DNA of 63,670 nt, the filler included, from Hyphochytrium catenoides (taxonomy: Eukaryota > Protista > Hyphochytriomycota), in NCBI GenBank assembly GCA_900088475.1. It is 8 parts of 8 records of this genome, joined end to end, with 100 filler letters (N's around TTAATTAATTAA, not from the genome) between each part and the next. Parts side by side here need not be neighbours in the genome. Positions count along the whole stretch, not along the records: positions 40,069 to 52,807 come from FLMG01002031.1; positions 52,908 to 55,928 come from FLMG01002373.1; positions 56,029 to 58,058 come from FLMG01000599.1; positions 58,159 to 59,689 come from FLMG01003184.1; positions 59,790 to 62,475 come from FLMG01003635.1; positions 62,576 to 63,670 come from FLMG01003159.1; 2 more parts are not named here. One strand, given 5' to 3'. This document shows, piece by piece, positions 49,601 through 63,307 of this stretch (positions within the stretch are counted from its first letter, which is position 1; each line of letters begins with the position of its first letter). A program made the translations under genes and the position numbers. The notes beneath the pieces were generated by a model, which saw nothing but the letters and a program-made list of their open reading frames with translations, did no database searches and had not been told where the DNA came from.

Positions 49601-52600
49601 AGCAGTGAGTGCTTGGCGAGGGATCTGCGGCAGTATTACCTCTGTGGCCTCTTCCTAGACTTCCTCCAACAACGCCGACAAAGGTACCTCCCTGTAACTC
49701 TTCCGGGAAGTGCAAAGACTGCACTGATAAAATGCTGGAAGATGGTGATGCGGAAAGATCTGTATCAGTCTTTCAAGTTTCCTCAGTAAAGGTACAAGGA
49801 GGCACATATATGTCGGTGTACTTATGGTGTTGGAGACATCTACTAAGAGCAGAGACCGACTACGCCTGCAGCAGAACACTCCTCCTCCGTCATTAAGCAC
49901 TCGATGTTGTCGTCTTTCTCTAGAGTCGCCAGCAAGATCGCCTTCCAGATGTCTCAGCTACTCACAACCGAAGCCTCCCTATATTTCTTTATATCCCGGA
50001 CGGCCTTCATCATTCCTGGGGGAGCAAAGAAGGCTTCGCATGATCGATCCGCATAGAGATCTATCCCGTGCATACAAGTACCATCCATGTCTTGCTTATG
50101 CACACGGCTACCATCTACTATGCCTTTTCAGACGAACCTTCCACACTACTGTGCAGGCCCCTTTTGCTTAGCCAAGTCACCTGGCATACACGTAAAAATG
50201 TCGCCGCCAGCACTCCCCTCCTCCTCCTCAGGCCCTAACGACGGAAGCTCGCAGATATTGACATGCACCTCCTCCTCCGTAAAATGCATCACTTTTACTC
50301 CCTCCTTCCTCAGTTAGTGCTTGATGATGATGACCAAGCGGAAGCAACAAACAGAATATATTATAGCACACCCGCTAGGCAATATTATCATCTTCATAGC
50401 CTCTTTCTTAGCAAGAATCAACTTCTTTCGTGCCTGTTATCGTCAGTCAGCACATTACTCGCGGCTACATAGGTCCTGGCTATTTAAAGTAGGGTCAAGG
50501 AGAAAGACAGTATCATCTCCAAAATATCTGCATCGTCACGCTTGATTCCCAGTCAGAAGCAGCAAGGCCGAGGAGGGTCGACGTCGAGGTCATGATGATG
50601 ACCCACTCCATGATGTGACGGCAGATAAGGAAGGAGCGAAGACCGCCCAACAGAAACGATCGAAGGTAGGGATGAAGATAATATATATATTATTGCTGAC
50701 GACGCCTTTTCTGCGCTATTTTTGATAGATAAAGAGGGGACCCGGATGATCTGACAACAAATGATTCACTGGCAACAAACAGACATGGGCTGGCAAGCGT
50801 GTGGTTGGCGAGCTCAGCAACAATAAGGGACCACCTGCTTCTTCCACGCCAGAAGTGCCAGCGCGTACGTATCGCTTAGGGTGCTCTGCTGTGCTGTGCC
50901 AAAGTAACAACACAGCCCTATTAAGCCATTTTAGCAAAGAGCCTAGTACCAAGACACGGATAACAGAGTAAGTTCTGTGAGTGTGAGTGAACATGGCGTA
51001 CTGTCTCTCCCTTCCTTTCCCTGGCTCTCCGTCACTGATGATTACTAAGGAGGCTACAACTGGTAATGCCGATGATGATGAATAGTCGCCTTCCGGTTCA
51101 GCGATGGAAAATCTTCTATAAAAAGTTACTCTCTCCGACCGTCGCCTCCTTCCCAGTGCCCTTCGCAACTCTACATTTTCGGTGCGTATAAAGTGACGTC
51201 TCATATATTTTAGTCAGTGACGCAAGAGCTGCATATGAGGTATTAATGATCATGCCTCTCTCCCCATCATGGTTATGGCCATCAACGGGAACAGGATGCT
51301 TCGTGGTTGAGTGCTTATGAGGCAGCAACTGGAGGCTCCAGAGGGCAACAGAATAGTTGTTTAGCATAGCCAAAAGGCACATATCACTAAGGAGAGTTAG
51401 GGAACGTCTCGCGTTCTACCTGAAAGGTTGTTATCCTCTTCCTCCTCCTCCGACTTCCTGGTACCATCCCATTTCGTCCTCTCCGTAGTGTCTCCCTTCT
51501 TCTGCCTTTTGACACTCTTTAGTCTAGGCTTTTGGCCTCCTCGTACAATGAATGGAACACTACCCTGCTCGAAGGCCCGATATTATCTCCTCGTCATATC
51601 ATCTTCTCCTCTCTCCTCTACTTGCCCAGCCCCACGATCTTATTGTTCTTATCTTCCTCAGTTTCTCTCTTTGGTGCACGACCTCTTGCCCGCCACCCGC
51701 ATTCATTTCAATGCCCAGATCCCCTGCCATCTCGGCCTCATCGTCTCTCTGTCCTACGTCTTTGCCTGGGCGGGATAACCTCCTGTTTGCCTGGGCGGTT
51801 ATATCCTCCTATATAGTTCTATCCTCCACTGCTCATAACAGAAGAAGGATGTCTTACTCTTCCCTTAGTCTTGCCCCGTCTCTGTCAGCCTTTGTGCCTG
51901 CTGGAACCATGCTCATCTCTTCTCTGCACCAACAAGTACTAGTTCTATCACCTGCGTCACAGGGCCTCGTTCTCACTCCTTCTCTCCTACGAGTCATCAT
52001 TCTTCCCGGTGTATTAACCTCCTCATCACTATCTCCTCCAACGTCCTTCTCTGAGTATCTGTCTCACCGTCTCCCTCGCCTACCACGCTCTTCCCCCTGT
52101 TGTTAGCTATCGACTCACGGGTAGAGGCTCTACCCTAAGTACTGCAGGCGCCAGGCTCTATCCTACATACAGTTCTTAGCCTATTGGTCATCCTCCTCTA
52201 AGGCGTCTTAGGGTTAGGGTTACCTGCCCCTCCCACTACCGTTTTACAGTGATACGCCTCTCTCGCGCACGTACTACAGTGTAAATCCTATGCCTTAGGT
52301 TTCTGTACAACAACTACAGGCACCGTGGTAGTCTGTTCGATAGGCAGAGTGTCTCATTCGATAGTGGGGTATACAGACCATACCAACTAAACTACAAGGT
52401 AATTGCTATGGGAATTATCGAGTTGCATCGACGACGCACTGAATGTTTGTTCTTATATCACTTTCATTTTGGTCATAGGGGCCACCCTAGGGGGAACACG
52501 ATCGGATGCATGTGCTAATTCATTGCGAAGGACAGCCTCCTCATTGGTTCTGTGCTGTATAATTCAGCGCCGTCGCCTAGGTTACAACACAGTCCACGAT

Positions 52601-53050
52601 GGAGGAATAAGATTAGACTGCAGACCACACTTTACAACACAGTCGGAAAAAAGAAAGCTCACTTGCGGCTGCTGCTGCTTCTTCTCTCTCTGTATCTGTC
52701 TCGTTCTAACTCTGTAAATATCTATTTCTCTATCCATTCTCTTTTTCTCTCTTTTTCTCTCCTCCTCAGCTCGCACTTGCCTCTCTGATCTGACTCTTTC
52801 CTTTCTTNNNNNNNNNNNNNNNNNNNNNNNNNNNNNNNNNNNNNNNNNNNNTTAATTAATTAANNNNNNNNNNNNNNNNNNNNNNNNNNNNNNNNNNNNN
52901 NNNNNNNGTCCCAGACTCGCGCACTATGCTTTCTCTGCCTGGTAGGGAGGATCGTAACTATCCAAGTCCGTACTTTTCTCCTCTATCACTCCTGCGAAGA
53001 CTACTACCTTTCTCACACTGATTATATGCTTTCCTTCATGGATCTTATAG

Positions 53051-55780
53051 GGGGTTACTTTCCACTTACGTCAGCCTCAGCTCTCTCCTCTGAACAATGG
53101 ATCGCCCGTATCGCTGTGGTCGGTGTGACAGTGATGGCCATGTTATCGGGCTTTGGTTCCGTTAACTGTCCCTATACCTACATGACCTACTTCCTTAGGT
53201 ATGAAAGTCTTGCAGACATGCAGGAAGGAGCTGGAGAGCCATTATAACTGGCCAGGCAGCCCCTACCCGTAACGGGGAGCTACCAATCTAATCTTGCTCT
53301 CGTCAGACTGCTTACATGGGAGTCCTTCCACTGCTTCACATCCCCTTTCCAAGTACTTCACCCTATTGTTGAACGCTACTTTTCTTCCGCTCTTCATTCC
53401 TACTATCTTTCTTCCTTGTTGGCTTTCTTCCTTGCGTATGTTTTCGAATGTTTTGACATCGTGTCTCTCGTAGAACAATCACACCAACAGACGTAGCAGC
53501 TATTGAGGCTCGCCTGCGGCACACTCTACTGATGATTTCGTCTAAGAAAAAGCGTCTGGTGCTTGAACAGCTCAGCCGATCGCGAAAGGTTCACATTGCC
53601 ATATCTCTTGTTTCTCTCTTTGATATTCTCTGTCACCTTACCTTTCTTTCGCTGTCGGTGCATCTGCTATTGCGTACCTTACTTCAAAAAGGGAAGAAGA
53701 AGCTTGTCACACGGCTCATCGACTTCAGGATTCAGCCGGATCCTGTCCTATCTGGGCCTCGCCCGAGACGAAGGTTGAGTGATGGCTTTTCATACCCATG
53801 GATATCTGCTACATTCTACCATATACAGTTGGGAATCTCCCGTCTCAACCTCTTCAGCCTGTGCTTCACTTGCTGCTGCCGGTGATGTTTGTCTCAGACA
53901 CCTCTAATATCTCTTCAGACTCAGAATACAAGCTGCTGCAGCAGGAAGTTTTAGCTCTTGAGAATCTAAGTCGCGAGATTTTTCTTGAGCTTCTCGAAAT
54001 GAAGCAATTCCTGGTAAGCGTTACGATGCAATCCCTGCAGGAGAAAACGACAGCTATGCGCACATGTGATGAAGCTCTTGTTGTACGGAAGAGAGAAATA
54101 ATAGACCAGGACCAAAGCCCAAGCTCAATTCTGTACAAAGGGTGTCTGCTCCTTATTTACCACGATGGTTACTGACGACTTTATGCTTCAAAGCTTCGAG
54201 AGCAACAGTCCCGCTCTGTCAAGGGCCGCTTCTTCAATCTGTTAGGCTACCTACTGGTCGGCTATTGCGTTTTCAAAATGGTTATGGTACGATGCTCTCT
54301 GGATGCGCTGTCCTTCCCTTGTAGGGTCATTTTGGTACCTATTAGCTTTGCTGAGGTTTCATCTTTTGTGGACGTTGCTTGCTTGCCTTAGGCCGCCCAT
54401 TCTTCCTTCTTCATGTCCTCATGACCTTCTTACAGCTGCCTTTCGTCGTAGCTTCTCTGTTTATCCACGTTCATCATCATTCTGATGATGCTCTTCAATG
54501 TTCGTTCATTTCAACGACTCGACAGTCCACTGTCAACATCATATTCCGGCGGGACCCCAAGCAGGACGCAGTGACGATGACCATAGAACGGCTTTTGTAC
54601 CTAGTCCCCCATCTTGAGGTAGGTTCTTCACTGACTCCTATCGGGCCACTTTTCAGTTCTTGTTGCGTGTTCAGGCTATATCCTAGTTCTCTAGTCTAGG
54701 CTACGTATGCAGCACTTATTTCTGTTGCCGGTTGGATGTATCAAAAGGCGAAAGCGGCCCTTAACTTAGCTCAACCGGAGTCGCCCTGTGGTTGGCCTTT
54801 TTATGGAACTAAAGCTGATGACTCCTCTAGCTCTTGCCATAATCGTGGCACTTCGCAATTCTAGAATATTCTTTCGCCCTAGATATTCGCTGACCGCAAG
54901 ATCTTCCTCATCTAGAACTCGTTTGACATTCCCCTGGTGTCGCATTGGATATCGCTCGCGCTCGTGGGCATCCTCGTCTTCTCTCAGACTAGGGGCTTCC
55001 TTCTCAATGTCCTTAAGGTAGAACCGTTCTCTGTTGACGCCATACATTATTCTCCCTTATCAAGCATTCTGGTTCCTTTCTTTCCGTTTGACCGCACTTT
55101 TCCTCTCGTGGTCGCCCTTAGCTGTTAAAATCCCTGATCTATTCCTTTTCTCACTCACTGCGGTGTGCTCTCTTCCTGTTTTTGCTGTCCGACCGTAGCT
55201 CTTTTATTCCTACTCTAGTACACTCTCTTCTACTAGCATTGGGCTGTTTTTAGCGCAGATAATGGGAATGTACTTTGTCTCAAGCATTCTTCTCATGAGA
55301 ATGAACGTCCCGGAACAGTACAGGTAGGTATTTAGGGGAACTGGGACAGTGGGAGACAGAGTGTGTGGATGTAAGAGGAATAAAGAAACAGTTAAATGAG
55401 TGGACCGGACCAAGGGCTAATGTCGCTGTTGCGTTCAAAAAAAGAGCGATCGAACTAGCTATTGAGTTCTCCCAGAAGCGAAACTTGGGATAGACGGACC
55501 AGCAGAGGCGGAGAAGTACTATAAAGGACGTACGCACAGAGACACATAGAGGGAAGGGTTAAGGAGATGTAGACCAAAGGTCAAACGATTAACACATTGG
55601 TCTGTTCGCAGGGTTACGCTCACATCTGCGTTGGGAGACATTGACTTCAATTTCTATCACCGGTGGTTTGACGTGGTCTACCTCTTCAGTGCCTTAGTTA
55701 CCGTGATTGCCATATTTATGCAAAGTCGAACCAAGGCATCCAGAACAGTAGAGTACCAGGTTCATGACAAATACCCATAG
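53051..55780 (+). CDS. GPR89: GPR89/GTG1-like Golgi pH regulator membrane protein, 5'-truncated by the scaffold edge, about 9 exons
   Basis: RIAVVGVTVMAMLSGFGSVNCPYTYMTYF, EVLALENLSREIFLE, KGRFFNLLGY...YCVFK, DAVT, LAQIMGMYFVSSILLMRMNVPEQYR, FNFYHRWFDVVYLFSA. The stop codon TAG ends at 55780. Confidence 0.92.
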
Positions 55781-56360
55781 GTGACCCGTCGAACTGCTGA
55801 CAAAGAATGGAAAAAGGGGAAGGAACCTCCTTTCTCCATGCCAAGTCAACTTGCTTGTGAGCACTCGAGATAAGGTTGGATGTTAAATCCTAAAGGACTA
55901 AGCACCAGGGCTTCGAGGAGCCTCTGTTNNNNNNNNNNNNNNNNNNNNNNNNNNNNNNNNNNNNNNNNNNNNTTAATTAATTAANNNNNNNNNNNNNNNN
56001 NNNNNNNNNNNNNNNNNNNNNNNNNNNNGAGAGAGAGAGAGAAAGAAAGAAAGACAGAGAAAGAGAGAAAGAAAGAAAGAAAGTGAGAGAAAAACAAAGA
56101 AGGTGAGAGAGAGAGAGAAAGAGAGAGAACAAATTTAGAGAATACAGAGAGAGAGAGAAAGAGAGAGAAAAGCCAACGAAGTGTCGAGAGTGATGTAAGA
56201 CACGTGGCTTGAGAGGGAGGACGCGGGTAGTAGAAGATCCGCAGTGCCGCCGAGGAAAAGCAACACCCACTTCTGTCTTGCTCTAGTCTTCCCCATACAT
56301 TCTCTCTCTCTCTCTCTCTGAATCTTTGTTAGTCCTCCGTCAATATCTAGCTTCTTTCTT

Positions 56361-56397
<37 letters not shown>

Positions 56398-56555
56398 CGC
56401 TCGCTCGCTCGCTCTTTCTCGCTCTCTTTCTCTCTCTCTCGGCGTGTCTCCCGCGTTTTGTGTCTCGCTTCTCTCCTCTTTTCTCCCTCTCTCCTTTCTT
56501 TTTCTTACTCTCTGCTTGTCTCTCCCTCTCTCTCTTTCCCCCTTTCTCTGTGTAC

Positions 56556-56700
56556 CTTGGGATGCATGAAAGGCGCGTCTGTCTCTAACATTAGACGGTC
56601 GCGAGGGAGACTGGGCAGCAGCTCTCGCAGGTGCCTCCCTCTCCTCTCCATACAGACCGTTCCCGCCACACTGATATACCAGCCTTCCGCCATATAGCGC

Positions 56701-56764
<64 letters not shown>

Positions 56765-57345
56765 CGAGAGAGAGAGGGAGAGAGAGGGATGAGGAGAGAG
56801 GGAGAGAGAAGGAGAAGGAGCGGGGAGAAGAAAGAAAGAGAAACAGACAGGGCGGGGGACTAGTAATAGAGGAGGAATGGAAGAGAAAGAAAGAGGTAGA
56901 GAAGAGGGCAAGATGTGGAAGAGAGAGAACAGACAGACAAAAGCAGAGAGAGAGAGAGGGGACTAGGCGGAGAAGAAGGAGAGAGAAAGAGAGCAAGTGA
57001 ACTGGCCGTCCCTATGCCTCGTTGTTTTACCGCAGCAGCATTAGAAAAGCCAAGAGCCGAAGATTCTCACAATGGAGAAAGAGCTTACGGACTATTTCTC
57101 TCTCTCTCTTTATCTCTCTCTCTTTATTCTCCTTTTTCTTTGTCTCTCTCTCCTTTCTTACCATCATTTCTCTTCTGCTGCCCGTGAAGCAGTGAACAAC
57201 AATAGGAGGAAGTTCTCCTTTGGCTTGGAAAGGATGCAGCACCTCCATCAGAGCATCGTGAGCCTCTCTCTCGTGGAGAAAGAGAGGAAGTTGTAGCCGC
57301 ACAGCCAGCTCGACCTTTGTTTGGGAGAGGGAAGAGAGAGAGAGA

Positions 57346-57384
<39 letters not shown>

Positions 57385-57758
57385 AAGAGGGAGAAAAAGA
57401 GAGAGTACAGATAATCTTTGGTGAATACCAAAAAGGAGACAAGAAAAGAGATGACAGAGAGAGAGAGAGAAAGCGAGAGAAAGAAAGAAAGGAAAGTGGA
57501 GAGAGAAGACAAACGGAGAGACCGATAGGCTCTGTGGACCCGAATGAGAACGCCAAGAGAGAGACAGAGAAGGTAAAGAGAGAGAAAGAGAGACAAGAAG
57601 GGAAAGAGAGTAGGAGACACTTTGGAGGTTGTCGGACAGTAACCTGTTTTTTGAAGACCTGGATCTGGGTGTCAGGAGGAGAGAAATTTCGATTGAAGTC
57701 GAGGCTGGAAGCGCGAGAGAGAGAGTGATAAGAGAGCGTGTAGAGAGAGAGAGAGAGC

Positions 57759-57796
<38 letters not shown>

Positions 57797-58058
57797 AATG
57801 TTCCAGGCGTAAGAGGGACTGAACGGTTGGGAGAATGTAGAGACAGGAAAATGAGAACACAAAAAGACAGGGAGGAAAAGAGAGAGAAGGAGAGAAACTC
57901 GGCGAAAACGGCACGGTGACAGGAAGGAAGAGGGCCCAAGAAGGAGAAAAAACAAGAGAGAGAGACAGAGAACATAGAGAGAGAGAGAAGAAGAGTACTC
58001 AGAGAACATTTAGAAGAGGCGAGAAGGAGACTGACCCACACTCTCCGACTGCTACGAT
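56556..58058 (-). CDS. TatD-family DNase, partial; exons 58058-58036, 57704-57644, 57314-57162, 56699-56556
   Basis: IVAVGECGLDFNRNFS, LPLFLHEREAH, VVHCFTG, RLMLETDAPF. Confidence 0.92.
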
Positions 58059-58478
58059 NNNNNNNNNNNNNNNNNNNNNNNNNNNNNNNNNNNNNNNNNN
58101 NNTTAATTAATTAANNNNNNNNNNNNNNNNNNNNNNNNNNNNNNNNNNNNNNNNNNNNGAGAGAGAGAGAGAGAGAGAGAGTGCGGTTGCTATCGTGCGC
58201 GTTGCTGTAACGGTCAGCGACACGATAAATGTTGACGGACTAAGATAAAGAGCAGAATCCCAGCCTCTCATTGGCCAGCACAAATAGTGATGAGCAGCGA
58301 TTGGCTGGGCAAACTGATGATTCTCTCTGATTGGCTGGTCTGTGAATGGCTGGTCATGTCCTGTCGCTCGAGTCAGAGCCTTGGCCTGTTTCATGACCTC
58401 TCGCTCCTCCTGATGGCGGCGCGGCTGGTGCTGCCGCCGCGGCCGGAGTGAGCATCTCTGGACAGGTCACAGGCCTGG

Positions 58479-58542
<64 letters not shown>

Positions 58543-59902
58543 AAGTGCGGAAATGTGTGAGAAAAGGGTTGAAAGAGACAGACACATTCGCACAGAGAGG
58601 GAGAGCGAGAGGGAGGGCGAGAGGGAGAGCGAGAGCGGCAGAGAGCGCGAGGGAGAGCGGGAGAGAGAGCGAGAGAGAGCGAGAGAGAGAGAGCGACAGA
58701 GAGAGAGAGCGACAGAGAGAGAGAGCGAGGGAGAGAGATGCGAAGACGCCAACATTAATGGAGATCATAGCTTTAGAAAGGGAAAAAATCTATTTCCTTC
58801 TTCCTGCAGCTAAGCTCGTCACATCGTGAAAGAGCCATTATCGGGCGAGACCAGGGTGAGACGGAGGACAAAACTGTGGATGGAGAGAGGGATGGACTGT
58901 CTAGTGCTGTCTGTACTTCGATTCCTTAGGGCTGGTGGTGGGAGTGCATGCGAGGAAAGTGAACAAGGAAGTCATTAAGTTACCCTTATAAATGAAAGAC
59001 ATTGAAGAACTGTCGTGATGGAGCACTCTTTTCTTGCGGCACTTTGAACAGAAGAGCGCGGCCTGCCTTATCTTCTGGCGGACGACAAATCAAAAGCTGA
59101 CCCATGTTCCCGCCAAGGTGTCAGGAAAGGCTGGACAAAACAAAAAAAAGTAGCACAGAAGGGACGTATCGTGGCGCTGGGTTATGATCTTCTCTGAAAA
59201 GAGAGAGAGAGAGAAAGAGAGAGAGAGACGGACTTTGCTTGCTCACTGTGGGAAAGAAGGTAGACAAGCGCGGCCCCCGGGTAGATAAAAATAGAGAATG
59301 ATGTTGCTTAGAGAGGAGGCAGTAAGTGTAGCGCTGGATGACTGGAAAGCCAGGTTACCATTGGTAGAAGGTTGCTACCTTTGTCAGCAATCATGGGTCG
59401 GATGCCTCAACAAAGGCGGATATGCCAGCTGGAGTAACAAATGAGAAGATAGGCCCTGCTGCCCGTCCCACCTAGGATGCAGGAGCACAAGTGTACTGAG
59501 CTATTCATCGGCTGCAATTAAGAGGAGAGTGACCATCGATAGCTCTCTTAATTGTTCATCACGCTGTATGTAAGCTCCTAGTAGAAGTGGGAACGGGAAA
59601 GATGGAGGAGAAGAAGGGAAGACAAGGAACAGAGAGAAAGGGAAAGAAAAGAGAGAGAAGAGAAAGAGAAAGAGAGAGAGAGAGAAAGANNNNNNNNNNN
59701 NNNNNNNNNNNNNNNNNNNNNNNNNNNNNNNNNTTAATTAATTAANNNNNNNNNNNNNNNNNNNNNNNNNNNNNNNNNNNNNNNNNNNNTAAAGCAGAAG
59801 GCGCACACGAAGCGAGAATGCAGTTAGGGCCTCAGGTGTCCAAAGAATCATAAAGGCCGGTCAACGAAGGGTTGTTTGTCAAAAAGGAATGCGCTGACTC
59901 AC

Positions 59903-62475
59903 TTGGACTCGACCTCTGCCTTCTCCTGTTCAGCTTTCTGTCGCGCGAGGTTGGCGAGCTTCTCCTGCTCCGCCACATCCTTCACAGTTGCATGGGCCAC
60001 CGCCTTAGGAGGTCCATGACCTCCTCCTGTCTCCAGTCCTTTCGTGCCCCAGGACAGATCGTGAAGGTTGCAATAGCTGTAGATGCCCAGAATATTGACG
60101 TACGTCGGCAGCATCCAGAAGTACTGAAGAGTAGTTGCCTGTGGGAGGTGGTGGCGGCAGAAAGTTTTAGGTGTTAGCAGACGTCATTAACTTTCTATTG
60201 GAAAAGGAGCTCCAAACTTGAGATGGATCCCGAACGTGATAATATCATGTTCACGTTATTTCTTAGCGTGCGCAGACTCACCAGGATAGGCATTATTTCT
60301 CCATGTATAAGAGCTGACAGGTAAATCAGGCCCAGAGACGCGATCGCTCCAAAAATAATGAAGGAAGTGGGGACATCATCGCAGGTGACGGTCCCACTGG
60401 TGCTCAGCTTATCAGAGCTGAGCTCTCCGATGGTAATGAGCCCGGTGAGGCCCAGAAGAGAGAGTATAGTGACAGAGTACATTACCAGCCCCATAAAAAC
60501 ACTCATGGCTAGGTACATGACACCGATCTAGACAGAACGACAAAGACTTTTAGCCGGTTGTTCCCAGACAGTGAAGGATAATAGATGGATTCGAATATAG
60601 ATGGACGAGAGAAGCCATAGATCTACTGCCCTAAAGCACTTGAGGATCGAGGATAGAAGCGACTTCTATCACGAAGCGACGGGTGCAAAGCAATGATTCA
60701 CGAAACTTCTGCATCACGGCAACTTTCGCATGGTGGCGGCAAAATGGATTAAAAGGAGACTCACCGACTTCTCTGGCTTATTGCCTAATCCAAAGATAAT
60801 TTGCGTCATAATGATGCCCGCATAGAGCACGAGGATGATTGAGAGAGGCACTGTGTAGTTTGCCAGTGCCAACTTGAGGACGTAGTAAAATGTCAGGAAT
60901 AAGTTGCCTACCAGTAGCCAGTTCAGGAACATCTGCAACAAGAAGATAATCAGGCACTTTGTTTGCTTAGCGAGAAGGCGACAACTAGCGGAACGAGAGT
61001 AGTCACGCCGTAAGGTGAAAGGAGAACTTCAACAAACACTTGAGGGGATGCCGATCGTAAGAGATTCATAGGTCACGAGCTGATATGGGAATGTAGGAAT
61101 GAGAAGCTGATATGGGAATGTAGAACAGGAAGAACAGGAAGTCTTCGGCCACCGTCCGACCTGCAGAGACAGGTAGAGGAACTGGAAAGTAACAACGAAG
61201 CGGCGAGGTATTGAGTGGCCACTTCGTCCCCAGAGCTTGTAAGAGTGAAGGATGGCATACAGTCCAGCGAAGAATGAGCCATTTAGCCAGCGGCGACGCT
61301 GTTTGATGAGATCGATCAGGGTCGGAGGGACGTCAGTCCGAGCAACGGCATCCTTGACGTAATGCATGGTCCAGTTGCATCGCTCTCTGGGAACAGAGGC
61401 AAGAAGCATTTCAGCAACGAAAGTAAGCAAGGATAGCCCTGAGATCGGGTCAAGGGGCGATGGGTGATTTTTGGCAAGTACAAACCCTCTATTAAAAACG
61501 GGGCAGAAGGGAGAGGGTTCTGTCGTTTGGGGCGAAAGAGAGAAGCAGAAAGGACACGACACTAAAAAAGAGCTTAAGCCTGAGTAAGCACTCATGCTCA
61601 CGTGAGGTAGAGGGCATATTTAGTGGCTAAAAAATTCAGCTATAACTCTCACCTAGAGATAAGCTCAAAGCAAAGAATGCGATCCTCTGCCAGGTACATG
61701 TTGCCCTTGAAGGCTCCAAGCTCCTTCATTGGTGTGGTAAGACTCTTGAAGTACTCCACCAAGGGACCTTTCCCATTCTCGGGCCTGATGGCCCGGTAGC
61801 GATATCCAGAGAAGGCGCCGGGAAGAACAGAAATAAAGCCGAAGACCGACTCGAGTGCCTTGTCCATGCAGTTACTGATCTTGTACTCAAAGTGTTGAGA
61901 CGAAATTACCAGGCTGGTAAGGTCCCTTGCAGAGAAGTCCACAGCAATCTCACCGCAAACACCTTGGGAGCATTAGAGTTAGCCAACTATGTCAGGATCT
62001 CCTCTGTCTGGACCCCGACCCCTCAGTTTACTTGTCTTTCAACGCAGACCATTGATTCCCGTCCCATCACTCCTCTTCTTCTGCAAACAGGTACCAAACG
62101 GCCCGACTCCCTCTATCTCATTTTACACTTACCCGCAATTTGAGGATTCCTTTCCATGCTTCGAATGAGCCTAAAAATTGCTGTGTCCGAAGGGACAGTG
62201 CCCACATCCACCAGGATGGTAAACTTGGGCTGCAGCTGCTCGGCGAAAGCGTTAAAGAACCAGAGGTGCGAGTCCAGCTTGCCAGCATTGTGCTCTTTCA
62301 GAGCGTACATAAACTGCAGAGGTGGGTAGAAACGCGATACTTGATAGTTCTTTTCCTCACTCGCCAGTAGCTGCAAGGTTGTCTCAAACAAATGACACGT
62401 CACGTCAACCCCTAACCGTGTTACTTCCATGATCTCCTGATCGAAGGCTCCAACGCTCCGGAGGTAGTCAAGGGT
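59903..62475 (-). CDS. Chitin synthase (division 1/oomycete-like GT2), partial at both ends, about 6 exons
   Basis: [76 protein letters not shown] (61301-61287), TM segments and [11 protein letters not shown]. Confidence 0.95.
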
Positions 62476-62872
62476 NNNNNNNNNNNNNNNNNNNNNNNNN
62501 NNNNNNNNNNNNNNNNNNNTTAATTAATTAANNNNNNNNNNNNNNNNNNNNNNNNNNNNNNNNNNNNNNNNNNNNAGCTCACTTATGTATATATAAATAT
62601 AGAGAGAGAGAGACACAGAGAGAGATCTCAAAGTTATACGAAGCTCGTTGTCAGCACTTCCTCTCTTCTTTCTATATGATCTAGTCCAGAGATAGTGAAG
62701 AATACTGAAGGAGAAGAGAGACGAGAAGAAAATTCGTGCTTTCTCACCTTCCGTGCGGCTGCCCTTCTCTCTCTCTCATACTTTTTTTAGCTTTTTTCTT
62801 CTTCTTCTCTTCTCTTCCGCTCTTCTCTCTCTTCCTCTATACGTTTCTCTTTTCTGTCTGTGTATTTTCTCT

Positions 62873-62937
<65 letters not shown>

Positions 62938-63131
62938 CGCTGTCTTTATCTATCTCACTTTTTCTTCTTCTCTTCATCAACAACTTTTGATTCCTCTTGG
63001 TTTCAAATGAAAACTACTCGATTCTAAAATAATGCAGTATGTATGGCAGGAGATTCCTGATCCCAAGCCTATTGTGAAATGGAAAGAAGAGACAAAACAA
63101 GAGCGAGAAAGAGAGAGGCTGTGTGTGAGAA

Positions 63132-63165
<34 letters not shown>

Positions 63166-63245
63166 TGTGTGTTAGCAAAAAAGAGAGAGAGAGAGAGTGT
63201 GTGTTAGCAAAAAAGAGAGAGAGAGAGTGTGTGTGAGAAAGAGAC

Positions 63246-63307
<62 letters not shown>

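Noticed and set aside
52208-52222. TTAGGGTTAGGGTTA telomere-like repeat
   Set aside because: Only 2.5 units and internal, which is too short to call a telomeric remnant.
58391-59580. Possible exon fragments on a small scaffold
   Set aside because: I found no recognisable protein motif and no consistent exon chain.
61076-61122. Short duplication AGCTGATATGGGAATGTAG in a chitin synthase intron
   Set aside because: Two copies only, consistent with ordinary slippage and not a CRISPR-like array.
21318-62531. Recurrent TTAATTAATTAA palindrome as a biological motif, and any gene cluster spanning it
   Set aside because: It is an assembly spacer within N runs, so neighbourhood across it is meaningless.
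63145-63235. (GA)nGTGTGTGTTAGCAAAAAA tandem units
   Set aside because: A compound microsatellite duplication or assembly stutter with no sign of function.
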